The translations under genes were made by a program, and so were the position numbers. Of a DNA stretch of 64,000 nt, positions 11,858-23,964 are shown one piece after another (positions within the stretch are counted from its first letter, which is position 1; every line of letters starts with the position of its first letter). The notes below the pieces were generated by a model that did not search any database, was not told the origin of the DNA, and was given only the letters and a program-made list of their open reading frames with translations. Origin of the DNA: Octopus vulgaris (taxonomy: Eukaryota); assembly GCA_951406725.2 (NCBI GenBank), contig OX597839.1:28768001-28832000 (forward strand). The letters are read 5' to 3'.

Positions 11858-12384
11858 ACCCCCACGACCACCAACTAAGACAGTAACATTCGCAATAACA
11901 GGTATATCTTCGTATAGAAAGGTCGTCTGTTGTCACAATTGCTAAACGTAAAGAAGCAGAAGGGAGAGTCACGGCCGGAATGCTTTGGCCGGAATGCTAT
12001 ATGTCTATTCATTGAGAGCGGACCTAGTTAACCACCCCATCGACTATCAACAACAACAACGTCAATAACATCCATAATATCAGGTATATTCTTCGTATAA
12101 AAAGGTCGTCTGTTGTCACAGCTGCTAAACGTAAAGAAACGGAGTGGGTGGCTACGGTTGGAATGCTTCTGATTGCTTTGAGAGCTGATCTAGGTCAAAC
12201 TCCACCACCACCACTACCACTACTACCAACATGAACAACAACAACAGCAACAAATAAACGGTATGTCTTAATATAAGCCGGCCATGTGTTATAAGTTGCC
12301 TCCGTGTGACAAGCAGACGTCTATCGACTGAGACGCTGACCTTGCACTGACTCCGATTTCCCTCATTAATCAAACAATACAGCA

Positions 12385-12396
12385 ATGAGTCAGTCG
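12385..12396 (+). CDS. Candidate first coding exon (MSQS) of a small unknown gene
   Basis: gcaATGAGTCAGTCG|GTGAGT, a consensus donor in unique sequence; phase 0 matches the acceptor at 17313. Confidence 0.25.
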
Positions 12397-12486
12397 GTGA
12401 GTCGGTGAGTCGGTCAGGCGGGCAAACCGGTTAATGTATGTATGTCGCAAGAGTGGGAACAAACACACCCACAAACACAAACATAT

Positions 12487-12531
<45 letters not shown>

Positions 12532-12827
12532 AACATATACATACACACACATACACACACACACACACAAACACACAGACACCAAACATTTAGAGACACA
12601 GAGCGACACAGAGCGTCTTTTCGCTTCACTTCCCCCACCGCCGCCGCCATTTCACAATACATCACATATTTGTGCCTCTGTGTGTGTGTGAACGAGGGCG
12701 AAGTAAACATTTTCTTTATTAAATGTAAAGCTATACAACGCATGAAACTCTCGGTCCTTGAGTCACTCTGTTCCTTCTGCTATTAAATATATATATATAT
12801 ATTCTTTTATTCTTTTATTTGTTTCAG

Positions 12828-12875
<48 letters not shown>

Positions 12876-12878
12876 ATA

Positions 12879-12921
<43 letters not shown>

Positions 12922-13404
12922 AAAATGGTAAATAATTTTTCAGTGGTTTTTCATATAACCAACAATTATTTACCGGCAAAAATCCGGTATGTAAATATGA
13001 CAAATTCATCGTCAGGAGCTTCTGGAAAGTTCAGTATATAGTGAAAATAATTAAAGGGCGGGCAGCAGGCTGCCTCGCCGCATACCGGAGGAATTAGAAA
13101 TGGCAGTCAAAGACTGTTTTTTCCATTTTCTATAAGTGGATTTTCCAAATACGACGAACCCTGCGATTCACATACGCAAAAGACGGAGTAGCAAATAAAC
13201 AAAACCAATCTCTTACCGTTAATGATGAACATGTTTCTAGATCACAAGCACGAAAATAGCTTGATTTCCTTTATCAACACCATATTCGATAGATTTAGCA
13301 AATGCCACAGGCCCTCACTTCTGACCAAGCGACATCAGATAGTGGGGGGAGGTGTGCATATGTCAAAACTAAGTAATGACTGAGAACGTAAATTTTGCCA
13401 TTTC

Positions 13405-13447
<43 letters not shown>

Positions 13448-13453
<6 letters not shown>

Positions 13454-13628
13454 ACAAAGAAAAACAAACAAGAAAAAAAACAATAACGTGAGGATGTGGT
13501 ACAAGTATTGTATTATCAGACACTCAGGACAGGAAGGAAAGAGGATTTAACGTTTCTAGCTTTGCTCTTCTTCAGAAATAGAAAAAAATTCCAAAGGAAG
13601 GGAAGACGAAGGAAGAAAATCGCTAACG
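13448..13628 (-). mobile_element. Short PLE-derived element with hammerhead-like core (13545-13579)
   Basis: Reverse strand reads attt-CTGAAGA-a-gagc-aaa-gcta-GAAA-CG-TT-aaat; same family as 14222 and 39105. Confidence 0.7.
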
Positions 13629-13637
13629 AGTGGATTT

Positions 13638-13681
<44 letters not shown>

Positions 13682-14168
13682 TTTGTTCCCCCATCACCGC
13701 TTGACAATCGTAACTTAGCGGTTTGGTTACAGAGTCCAAGAGAACAGATACTAGGTTTTTTAAAAACTAAGTCTTGGGGTCGATTCATTCGACTAAAATT
13801 GCTTCAAGGCGGTACTCCAGCATGGCCGTAGTCAAACGACTGAAACCAGCAAAAGAATAACAAGAATTCAATCACAAAAATATAATATGATTATTTTAAA
13901 CAACGAATGGCTCTGGGGTTCCTCTCTGGAACGAGATGAGCTGTCAACTTTATTGACCTGTCTTTATTCTCCTATCCATTCTTTTATTCTTTTATACACT
14001 GTGAATTCTCTGTCTGGAACTTTCCTACATACACACCTTGTCTCTGGTGAAGGAATACTCAGTGTATGGAGATGTTAACCCAAGAAACATCTGTAAGACA
14101 TTGATTACTTCTACTTCTCCATTTTTTTTATTCACCTTACTTTAATAGAATACTCTAGATGACCTGAG

Positions 14169-14221
<53 letters not shown>

Positions 14222-14224
<3 letters not shown>

Positions 14225-14409
14225 GTTGGCGATTTTTTTCCTCTCTCTTTCCTTCTCTGGATCTTTCCTTCTATGTATCCGACGAAGAGCTCCGCTCGAA
14301 ACGTTAAACCCTCCTTCTTTCCTTCTTTCCTGAGCGTCCAATAATTCCATATTTGTTCCACGTCCTCGCGTTGTTGTGTTTTTTTTTTTGTGCTTTCTTG
14401 TCTGGATTA

Positions 14410-14413
<4 letters not shown>
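14222..14413 (+). mobile_element. Short PLE-derived element with hammerhead-like core (14279-14309), flanked by (TA)n
   Basis: CCGACGA-a-gagc-tcc-gctc-GAAA-CG-TT-aaac. Confidence 0.7.
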
Positions 14414-14454
<41 letters not shown>

Positions 14455-15219
14455 GAGTAAAAAATGAAAATCAAAAGGATTCGTCGGTAAAAAAAAAAAG
14501 GTCGAAACTAAAATATGATACCGTAGATGGAAATGGAATCATAAAAGAAGAAACAGATGGAAGATACGAAGCTTTCTAGATGTGAAAGGAATTAAAATAG
14601 AAGACGAAGTCTAACCCTGGAAACATTCAGGATAGGAATGGAATTATAATGGAGTGTCTGCGACTAAAGTGCAAAACATCCAAGATGGGAATGGAATTAT
14701 AACAGACGACTAAGATGGTAAACCATCCCTCGTTAACTCGTCATTCTATTGATGATTAATCGCAAAACATTATTCGAATAATTCCATCACATTCTCTCCA
14801 GAGTGAAAGAGTTGCCATATTCGGCAATCCTCTTCTGTTCGTTTCTCTTCTTTCTTTTGTATTCCTCGTGTGTTTTTTTTTTTTAATTATATTTATTTGT
14901 TTTATATTTAATTTAATTTTTTTACAACCAACGTAGATTTTATTATAAGTACAAATATGTGTGTGCGTATGTATATATATATGTATATATATATATATAT
15001 ATATTTATATATACATACATACATGTGTATAGATTTTGCTCTTGTTTTTCACAGCATTTTCTTACGTCAAGAAGGATTTCATTTTCGTTTTGTTTCTCTT
15101 CTTCTTCTTCCACTTGGCTGCCAGGAGGCATCAGCCGAAATTATATAAAACAGAAGTGGAAGAGAAGAAGAGGAAGAAGATTTCTGGCAGATTCTCTCGT
15201 CTTCGAGAGAACGTGGGAC

Positions 15220-15622
15220 TCGCCGCTACCGCCGCCGCTACCATTGCCACAAATACCAAAAAGTACCAACACCACCTCCGCCGCTACAGCCGACGCCGTC
15301 ACCACCACTACCACCACCACCACCAAAATCCATCACCACCACCATTACTCCCACCGTAAATAACCCCACCACCACAACCACCGCCACCATCACAACTACG
15401 ACTACAACCTCCATCATCATCACCACCATTACCCCCACCACCACCGCCACCACCACCACAACCACTCACAAATACTAATATCACCAACATCACCTCTGCT
15501 GCCGCCGCCGCCACGACCACCACTGCAAATAACACCATCAATTTCAACTGTGCAAAAATCACCCCCACCCATCCCCACTCTCCAGAATACCACCAATGCC
15601 ACCATTGCGCATAGCATCATCA
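15220..15622. repeat. Degenerate (ACC)n/(CCG)n trinucleotide tract
   Basis: Directly visible. Confidence 0.85.
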
Positions 15623-15857
15623 ATTTTAACTCGGAAAAAGAAAAAGAAAAGCCACCCCTGCCAATGGCGGCCTCACCTGAGTCTACAAGGAAGCCTTTTA
15701 CGTGAGCTCCAGATCTGCTAGAAATACCGGATAATTTCGCTGAGATCGCATGTTATGATGACGCCAAAGAAAGGATACAACGGTCAACGGAATGGTCATG
15801 GCTGAAATGGTTTTGGTCTTAGGTTTGTTAGTTCAATCGGGCTTTCCTGCAGCTGGA

Positions 15858-16240
15858 ACCGGCATTTCGCCCGTCGTTACGTTCTGGGTTCAAATTCCGC
15901 CGAGGTCGATTTTGCCTTTCATCCTTCCGAGGTCGATAGATTAAGTACCAGTGGAATACTGAGATCGATGTAATCGATTAGTCCTCTCCCACCAAATTTC
16001 AGGCCCTGTGCCTCCAGCAGAAAGGATTATTAAGGTGTTGTGCTTGTAGAATGGTTAGCGCGCCGGATAAAATGCTGCTAAGAATATTGTCCGTCTTTAT
16101 GCTCTGGGCCCTAATTGCGCAGAGGTTGACTTTGCCTCTCACCCTTTCGAGATCGCTAAAATAAGTACCAAGAATATACTGGAGTCGATGCTATCGACTC
16201 AGCTCTTTTCCCGAAACTGCCGACTTGTGCCAAAATCTGA
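15858..16240 (+). mobile_element. Two tandem SINE family B copies/fragments
   Basis: gggttcaaattccgccgaggtcgattttgcctttcatcc...aagtaccag...gtcgatg. Confidence 0.8.
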
Positions 16241-16261
16241 AATTATTATTATTATTATTAA

Positions 16262-16328
<67 letters not shown>

Positions 16329-16858
16329 GAGAGAGCAGTGCATGCCATCAAAGTGACATTGGAGTAAAATATACGAAGTCCAGTATACCCATCATGTCTA
16401 CCCGTCTGATAAGGGTACACAAGGCACGTGTACACAACCATGTGTGCGCGACATGGTGATCTCATATCAAGATAAACAGCGCATCACCTTGCAGGTGGGG
16501 CCCAGTTAGAATTTCCGTCGCACTCAAAAGGTCCCTGAATAAAGGTTATTTAAGGATGTTGAACAAAACACCTATATTTTCCTGAAGTGAATTATCCAAA
16601 CCCCAAAGAATCCCTCTCAACATATGGCTATGATGTACTCCCACATCTGCTGGTGATCAGAGATACACATATCATTAGCCACTAAGGGACATGCTCAACT
16701 GGTTAAGGTCAAACAACTGAGAGGCAAATCTATGGTATTGAGCAGAATATTTGCTGTAGGCCATCTTTTGTACCAAGACAAAACAATGTACATGATAACA
16801 CTTCCAATCAGTTAAGATGAGAAGCCACGAAAGCCACTGCCTGGTACTGCATCAGGGA
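16329..16858. repeat. Interspersed ~530-bp repeat (family E) embedded in (ATT)n
   Basis: Reverse-complement copy at ~39635-40108, also flanked by (AAT)n. Confidence 0.85.
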
Positions 16859-16877
16859 ATCTTGCTGCATTGGGGTA

Positions 16878-16938
<61 letters not shown>

Positions 16939-17270
16939 AGGCGGTGAGCTGGCAGAATCGTTAGCGCGCTGGTCAGAATGCTTCGCGGCATTTTGTGGGT
17001 CTTTACGTTCTGCGTTCATATTCCGCCGAGGTCGACTTTGCCTTTCCTTCTTTTCGGGGTCGATAAATTAAGTACCAGTGAAATACTGGAGTCGATGTAA
17101 TCGACTAGTCCCTTCTTCCAAAATTTCAGGCCTTGTGCCTTTAGTAGAAAGGATTTATTATTATTATTAAAGTATTTCTGTTCTGCGTTTATGTTCCGCC
17201 GAGGTTGAGGTAATTGATTAAACGCTTCTTCTGAAATTTCACGCCGTGTGCCTTTAGTAGAAAGGAAAGG
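16939..17270 (+). mobile_element. SINE family B (full head) plus a partial tandem copy
   Basis: ggcggtgagctggcagaatcgttagcgcg...gttcatattccgccgaggtcgactttgcc. Confidence 0.85.
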
Positions 17271-17312
17271 ATTATTTAAAGCTCTTCGCATGTAAAACGT
17301 ATCTTGCTCCAG

Positions 17313-17549
17313 GGACTGTACAAGGATACACATCACCAGGGCCGCCCCCAGGATTACTGGCGGTCTGGACAAGGGGAGCTTCGGCGTGTACAAGCTGACG
17401 GTCGTGGAAATTTCTTTGACCTTTGTCACGCTCTCCTTGGCGTCCCGGGCGACAACCCGAATTGCCGGTATCTTGAGCCGGCCCTGCACATCACCAACAA
17501 TAAGTTGCAGAAGAAGAGCAATTGTTGTTTTCTGAGCAAGTCTACTTGA
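17313..17549 (+). CDS. Candidate terminal coding exon, unknown protein (GLYKDTHHQGRPQDYWRSGQGELRRVQADGRGNFFDLCHALLGVPGDNPNCRYLEPALHITNNKLQKKSNCCFLSKST*)
   Basis: Unique, GC-richer island; acceptor tcttgctccAG|; 78 open codons with protein-like composition; in-register antisense ORF; AATAAA at 17880-17885. Confidence 0.5.
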   Translation, partial: GLYKDTHHQGRPQDYWRSGQGELRRVQADGRGNFFDLCHALLGVPGDNPNCRYLEPALHITNNKLQKKSNCCFLSKST

Positions 17550-18227
17550 CTCCGTCTCTGCTGAGACCTCCACCAGAATCTATAGATATACGTGATTCGA
17601 ACTGCCTGGACAAGTGGAGAGAGAGAGAGAGAGAGAGTGTGTGTGTGTGTGTTTAACATGTCTAGACTGCTACAGTTGATCGTCATACTATTTCAGAGTT
17701 GTGTAAGAGTGCGATGTGTGGGTCGTCAGTTACAACGGAGACATGGTTGGTGCCTTTAGGAAGTGAATGAGACAATAGGGCGCAGCTGTCTGGCTGCTGA
17801 CGGTTTGGCATGGCTGGCTAGACAGCCAGCTTGTACTGGCGACACAGCGTTTTCGCCCTGGAGGCAAACACACACACAGAATAAAAGGGCGGGTGAGGAG
17901 AGAGAGGTTACATGTACGTACGAGCATAACAACTCCAACTACCACCAACTCTAACAACAACTCTAACAACAACAGCAACTCTCAGTATCTTTTCTAAGTC
18001 GAGTACATCGACCTTGAAACGATGAAAGGCAAAGTGAACCTCGGCGGAATTCGAACTCAGAACGTAAGAGACAAAAACGAAAATACCGCTGAGCATTTTT
18101 GTCCGACGTGCTAACGATTCCGCCAGACGCCAATAACATCGACACCAGAAAGTCTGAAAGAATTATTTTCCTCTTTTTATACAAAAAAAAAAAAAACAGT
18201 TGTAGGGTGACGGAAGTTTGTTTTAGC

Positions 18228-18262
<35 letters not shown>

Positions 18263-18329
18263 AAATTTGGTGATGGGGGGGCGGGGGGGGGAAAGAAAAT
18301 TTAGAAGTACAACAAAAAGATGAGACAAA

Positions 18330-19180
18330 GAACAGAAATATGATGATGATGATGGTGGTGGTGGTGGTGATAATGATGCTGGTGGTGGAGGTGGTGGTGG
18401 TGGTGGCAGTTTTGATGGTAGTGGTGATAACGAAGTAGATGGTGGTGGTGGTGGTGGTGGTGATGATGATGATGATGATGTTGCTGCTGCTGCTAACGAT
18501 GCTGATGGTGATGATTAAAAACAACAAGCCACCTGCAGCGCCACCAATTCCACTTAACAACAACAACAACAGCAACATTGCAAAAATAACATCAACACCA
18601 ACACCACCACCATCAACAATAACAACAACAACAACATCAACCACAACATCAACAAGATCCAACAATAAACGAGTCGCTGGGGATGGAGAATCCAAATGCG
18701 AGACGGTTCTTTTCTCCCGAAAATTGAAGGATGTCTTTTTTTTAAAATTTATTCTTTTCTGGCCTCCAAAAGGAATTTGAAACAATCTCTAACAACAACT
18801 ATGCCGTCCACCACCATAACTACCCTCACCACCACCACCACCACCTTCGCCGCCACCACAGCTACCACTACCACCGTGACCACAACTGCCACCATCACCA
18901 CTACCACTACACCTACCATCACCACCACAACTACCACTACACCTACCGCCACAACTACCACCTTCACCACTACCACCACAACCACAAGTACCACCACCAC
19001 CACTACCACTACCACTACTACCACCATCACCACCACCACCACTACCACTACACCTACCACCACCACCACCACTACCCTCACCACCACCACCACCACCACT
19101 ACCCTTACCACCACTACCACCACAACCACCACCACTACCTCTATACCTACCGCCACAACTACCACCACCACCACCACCAC
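18330..19180. repeat. (GGT/GAT)n followed by (ACC/ACT/AAC)n tracts
   Basis: Directly visible; source of the poly-Thr and poly-Val ORFs. Confidence 0.9.
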
Positions 19181-19469
19181 TCCCGATCTTCCCTCCTCCC
19201 TACACGTATTCCCCCTTCCCTCATTATCATCCATTCATTGTTTTCCTCTTCCTTTCTATCTCTACTCATTCTCTTTCTTCTTTCTTTCTTTCTTTCTTTT
19301 TCCTTTTCCTTTAATTACTTTCGCTTTCGGTGTTCTCTCTCTCCCTCCCCTTCCCTCCTCACCCTGCTCTCCTTTCTTTCTTTCTCTTTTCTTTTCGTCC
19401 CAAACCTGATCATTTGTTATCTACCATCTGTGGTGTATGTTTGCGCACGTGTGTGTGTGAGCAAGAGGT

Positions 19470-19537
<68 letters not shown>

Positions 19538-19784
19538 TGTGAGTGTGTGTGTGTGAGTAAGAGGTTCAATGTGTGTGTGTGTGTGTGTGTGAGTGTGTGT
19601 GAGAGTGTTTGTGTGAGTGTGTGTGTGTGAGTAAGAGGTTCAATGTGTGTGTGTGTGTGTGTGTGAGTGTTTGTGTGAGTGTGTATGTGTGTGAGTGTGT
19701 GCGCGTATGTGAGTGTACATGCTACTCGCTCGCACGCATACACGCACACATACACATACTTCCTCCATATCTGTGTGTGTGTAC

Positions 19785-19828
<44 letters not shown>

Positions 19829-20397
19829 GTTTGTGCCTGTGCGTCTGTATATATATATATATAGACACACGTACGCACACACATACATAAACACATCCTC
19901 ACACACATCCACTCACACATCCACTCACATATACACACGCACACACACATACATTTTTGGCAGTGGAGAGTGATATTGTCAGACTCCGTTCGTCCTCAGC
20001 ATGGAATTTCCTTTCCTTATATTTATTCCCGTTTTTTTTTTACATTCATATATATACAGTAGCTTCACACACACCGTATATATATATATATATATATATA
20101 TACACGCGCACGATACTTTTCTCCATTTAATTAGTCATAGAAGGTGGGTGACGGGAGGGCGGGAGGACCGTGACCGTTGTGTGCCCTCTAAGACCAACAA
20201 TTCTCCAAGAAATACCAGACCACAACAACTACAGAACGGTGCCGCAATACGACAGGATCTTTAAAGCTTTTGTTTAATAGAAAAACTTTACATTTTTGTT
20301 GTAGAAGTCTTTTTTCTTTTGAATTTTTGTTGATAGACTATTGTATGTATGTATGTTTATCATTCTGTCTATCTGTCTGTCTGTCTGTCTATCTATC

Positions 20398-20446
<49 letters not shown>

Positions 20447-20504
20447 AATCTATCTATCTATCAATCTATCAGTCTATCTATTAATCTATCTGTCTGTCTG
20501 CGAA

Positions 20505-20848
20505 ATTGTATGGATTTTTTGGACGTTGACTGATTCCAGACACTCGTGTTTCTCTCCCAGTCGGGCAACGCCGGTGGTAGGGGTACTACCCCGTTCTTCT
20601 ATAAAGGGTTAGTAGAATTCAAGTGTAACGACGTCCTGGTAGAAACCCTAGGCTTCGACGAAGATCAACTGGCCAACCTATTCCAAAGAACATTTGGTCC
20701 GGGGCCTATGGATAATTACCAAAAGTCCCTTGTCTGGCAATGTTACAGAGTAGCTTTACCGGTTCGAGATAAGCTCTTTAGACATGGGTGTGCGCCTTCG
20801 CCGGTTTGTGCAAGATGCGAACAGGATAGTGAAACCGTCCTGCGTGCG
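20505..20848 (+). mobile_element. Tx1/L1-clade LINE ORF2 C-terminal fragment (zf-RVT)
   Basis: WQCYRVALPVRDKLFRHG...SPVCARCEQDSETVL matches the W...LP....L..hG...CxxC...ET..H signature of zf-RVT. Confidence 0.8.
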
Positions 20849-20929
20849 GTAAAGACCGACCAAACGTTGCTAAGCATTTTGCTTTGCGTGCTAACGATGT
20901 TGCTGCATATGTAATTGATGTATGCTTAT

Positions 20930-21322
20930 AGGTGCAGGCGTGGCTCAGTGGTAAGAAGCTTGCTTTCCAACTATATGATTCTGGGTTCGGTTCCACTGTG
21001 TGGCACCTTGGGCAAGTGACTTATACTATAACTCCGGGCTTGTGAATGGAATTGATAGACGGAAGTTGAAAGAAGCCCGATGTGTGTATACATACGTGTG
21101 TGTGTGTAGATATTTGTCTGTGTGTTTGTGTGTGTATGTGGATGTTTGTGTTTCTGTGTGTGTGTTTCTGCGGCTCTGTGACCCACCAAGTACTTGACAA
21201 CCAGTGTGGCTTTGTTAATAATGTCCCCGTGACTTAGCAGTTTGGTAAAATGTATCGATAGAATATGCATCAGACTTTTAAAAACTAGTACTGGGGTCGA
21301 TGGCAGTGCCCCAGCGTGGCCA
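20930..21322 (+). mobile_element. SINE family A; its tail is displaced to ~22996-23030 by the TIR element insertion
   Basis: ggtgcaggcgtggctcagtggtaag...gggttcggttccactg; ccagcgtggcca|insert|atggctgtagtccaatgac. Confidence 0.8.
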
Positions 21323-21734
21323 GGATCTTTTCAGCTTGGCTGCCAGTTTTCAATCTCTTCAGTTCCTGCTCAAATTGATTTCGTATTCAGTGTTATGGTT
21401 TTATATGCTAATCACTGCTTTGAAATTCATTTTCGCAATAAATCAATAGGCAACTTTTAAAGTTTGAAAATTTTGGGTAATTTTAGCCAATCGTAAGCCA
21501 CAGGCACATTCCTGCCTGTTTCCATAGTAACAAGCCAAACATGAGAGCTCTTTTGTCTGCGAGATACCACGTGTTGATAAATATATTCTACGCAGTGTTC
21601 AGCTGCTTGTGCCCATCTGCTGCTTGTACCCTGGTTAGGAGAAATGGTAAAAATAACAGCCAAATAGGTCTTAAATCAGGCATACACACACTATTTTTTT
21701 TCTTTTGCGTAATCGTATGAATTCCCAAGTGTAC

Positions 21735-22124
21735 TCTCTTACTCTCTTACTTGTTTCAGTCATTTGACTGCGGCCATGCTGGAGCACCGCCTTTAGTCGA
21801 GCAAATCGACCCCGGGACTTATTCTTTGTAAGCCCAGTACTTATTCTATCGGTCCTTTTGCCGAACTGCTAAGTGACGGGGACGTAAACACACCTGCATC
21901 GGTTGTCAAGCAATGCTAGGGGGACAAACACAGACACACAAACACACACATACATATATATATATATACATATATACGACAGGCTTCTTTCAGTTTCCGT
22001 CTACCAAATCCACTCACAAGGCATTCGTCGGCCCGGGGCTATAGCAGAAGACACTTGCCCAAGATTGAACCCGGAACCATGTGGTTGGTTAGCAAGCTAC
22101 TTACCACACAGCCACTCCTGCGCC
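21735..22124 (-). mobile_element. SINE family A (young copy)
   Basis: Near-consensus sequence ending cagccactcctgcgcc. Confidence 0.9.
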
Positions 22125-22358
22125 TGTAGAATACAATTTCGCAAAAATGTTTCTGAAAATTCCAAGAAATAGAAAAAAAGTTATGAGAGGTTTATATGTC
22201 ATGCGTGAAGCAGAATTTGATTTATTTCCAGTTTCATATTAAAACATGTCACGCACAAAATGACAACTTCCAAATCCTGTTTCCTGACTGGGTGAAAATG
22301 ATCAAACTTCAAACCTCAATAACTCTTTTTGAAAAAATTTCTGGGAAAACTGAAATAT

Positions 22359-22671
22359 AGTTCTATATTTAAGGGAAGAGGAATTATTTACATTGGACGG
22401 ATATTTGTCCTAATCTTGTTTGTTATTAACACGTTTTAGCTGATGTCTCTCTTCACCACAAATGGCCTGAACTCTTTGCATGAACACCACCCTGTACATA
22501 ACTCCATACCCCCGCCCCCTACATGGCCTTGCTTTTTGCTTTTTGAGCCAAAAAATTAACTTAACTTCACTTAACTACCCTCCAGCCTTCATCAGGTGTC
22601 TTGGGGGAAATTTCGAACCTGGGTTCGAAATTCCTAAGGTATTTTTCAATGTTGCTGTTGTTGTTGAACTA

Positions 22672-22728
<57 letters not shown>

Positions 22729-22881
22729 TAATAATAATATCGAAAGATACCTCAGGAATGAGAACCCAGGTTCAAAATTTCCTCAAGACACCTGATGAAG
22801 GCTGGAAGGTAAATCAGCCGAAACGTTAACAACAAACGAGATGAGGACAAATATCCGTCAAATGTAAATAATGTAAATAAT
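22359..22881. mobile_element. Fold-back PLE-derived element: two inverted hammerhead-bearing arms around (AAT)n
   Basis: Right arm CTGATGA(22792)-a-ggctg...cagcc-GAAAC; left arm is its reverse complement; 12-bp duplication aaactgaaatat at 22347-22358 and 22882-22893. Confidence 0.8.
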
Positions 22882-23058
22882 AAACTGAAATATCTTCTGA
22901 GATTCAGTTTGGAAAACTACACAAATGTACCAAATTCTAAAATTTTCAATAACATTTGAATTTTCGAAAATTGGTAACCAAGTTAAAAAGATTCCATGGC
23001 TGTAGTCCAATGACCAAGTCTATTAAAAGATACAAAAAAACAAAGACACGTATGAAAA

Positions 23059-23718
23059 GGTACTTTTTGGTTATCTCACCCCTATTTAAAAAATTGCCAT
23101 TAAAAATTGGATTAAGAGTTAGATCCTTTTGATTTAATACTTCGACACATTGTTGACGTCAAAAGGAATGGTATGATTTGTTATAAAAATGTTGGCAGAT
23201 TAGGCGTATGAGTGGCTGTGTGGTAAGTAGCTTGCCTACCAACCACATGGTTCCGGGTTCAGTCCCATTGCGTGGCACCATGGGCAAGTGTCTTCTACTA
23301 TAGCCTCGGGCCGACCAAAGTCTTGTGAGTGGATTTGGTAGACGGAAACTGAAAGAAGTCTGTCGTATATATGTGTGTGTGTCTGTTTGTCCCCCCAACA
23401 TCGCTTCGGCAAAAGAGACCGATAGAATAAGTACTGGGCTTACAAAGAATATGTTCTGGGTTCGATTTGCTCGTCTAAAAGGCGATGCTCCAGCATGGCC
23501 ACAGTCAAATGACTGAAACAAGTAAAAGATATTATTCGAAACGATGTTTCCTCTTTTCACGTTTTCATGTTTATTAATTTTTCACTTCTCTGTTTTGTTT
23601 TATTGGGGGTTGAACAATGTGTTTAGTTGAGGGAGAAGACCAAAAGTAGGGATATTTCTCGTAAAACAGGGGGAGATAACCCAATTTTTTAATGGGGGTG
23701 AGATAACCAAAAAGTACC
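23059..23718. mobile_element. Merlin-like MITE carrying a family A SINE (~23201-23526, +)
   Basis: TIR ggtactttttggttatctcacccc / ggggtgagataaccaaaaagtacc; 8-bp TSD tatgaaaa at 23051-23058 and 23719-23726. Confidence 0.9.
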
Positions 23719-23964
23719 TATGAAAATGTAGGTGGACGTGTATGTGAGGGTTTGTGTGTTAATGTGTATAAGTGGAAATGGGAAAGAATTTTAAACTTGG
23801 AGGTGAAGCAAAGTGTTGAAAATTGAAACAGCTGCTGTGGATTGGAGTAGGGTTCAAGTGACGGCGGTGGAGGTGGCGTTGGTGGCGGCGGTAATGTGGT
23901 CAAAAGTGGAGGCATGAGCAAAGATTGGGTTGTTATTGATGTCGGTGTGTATGTGTATCTGGGA

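Larger units (their letters stand above)
10935..12300 (+). repeat. Diverged tandem array of about six 140-185-bp units
   Basis: Recurrent ctgttgt(t/c)aca...taaacgtaaaga...gctggaatgcttt...ctcattgag..c.gacctagttaaccacc + (aac)n. Confidence 0.75.
21323..22995. mobile_element. Second, inverted and diverged copy of the 9094-10140 TIR element, with a nested SINE and a fold-back element
   Basis: Ends ggatcttttcagcttggctgccag / ttggtaaccaagttaaaaagattcc; colinear reverse-complement matches such as ttttagccaatcgtaagc, cctgtttccatagtaac and gtcacgcacaaaatgaca. Confidence 0.8.

Noticed and set aside
17370-17410. LDKGSFGVYK resembling a kinase glycine-rich loop
   Set aside because: No VAIK, HRD or DFG motifs follow, and the frame ends at 17535.
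17016-17573. 185-aa minus-strand ORF
   Set aside because: In-register antisense shadow of the + strand candidate exon, and its last third is SINE B sequence.
18696-19409. 237-aa Thr-rich 'mucin-like' ORF
   Set aside because: Translation of an (ACC/ACT)n microsatellite running into a (CTTT)n tract; no signal peptide or splice support.
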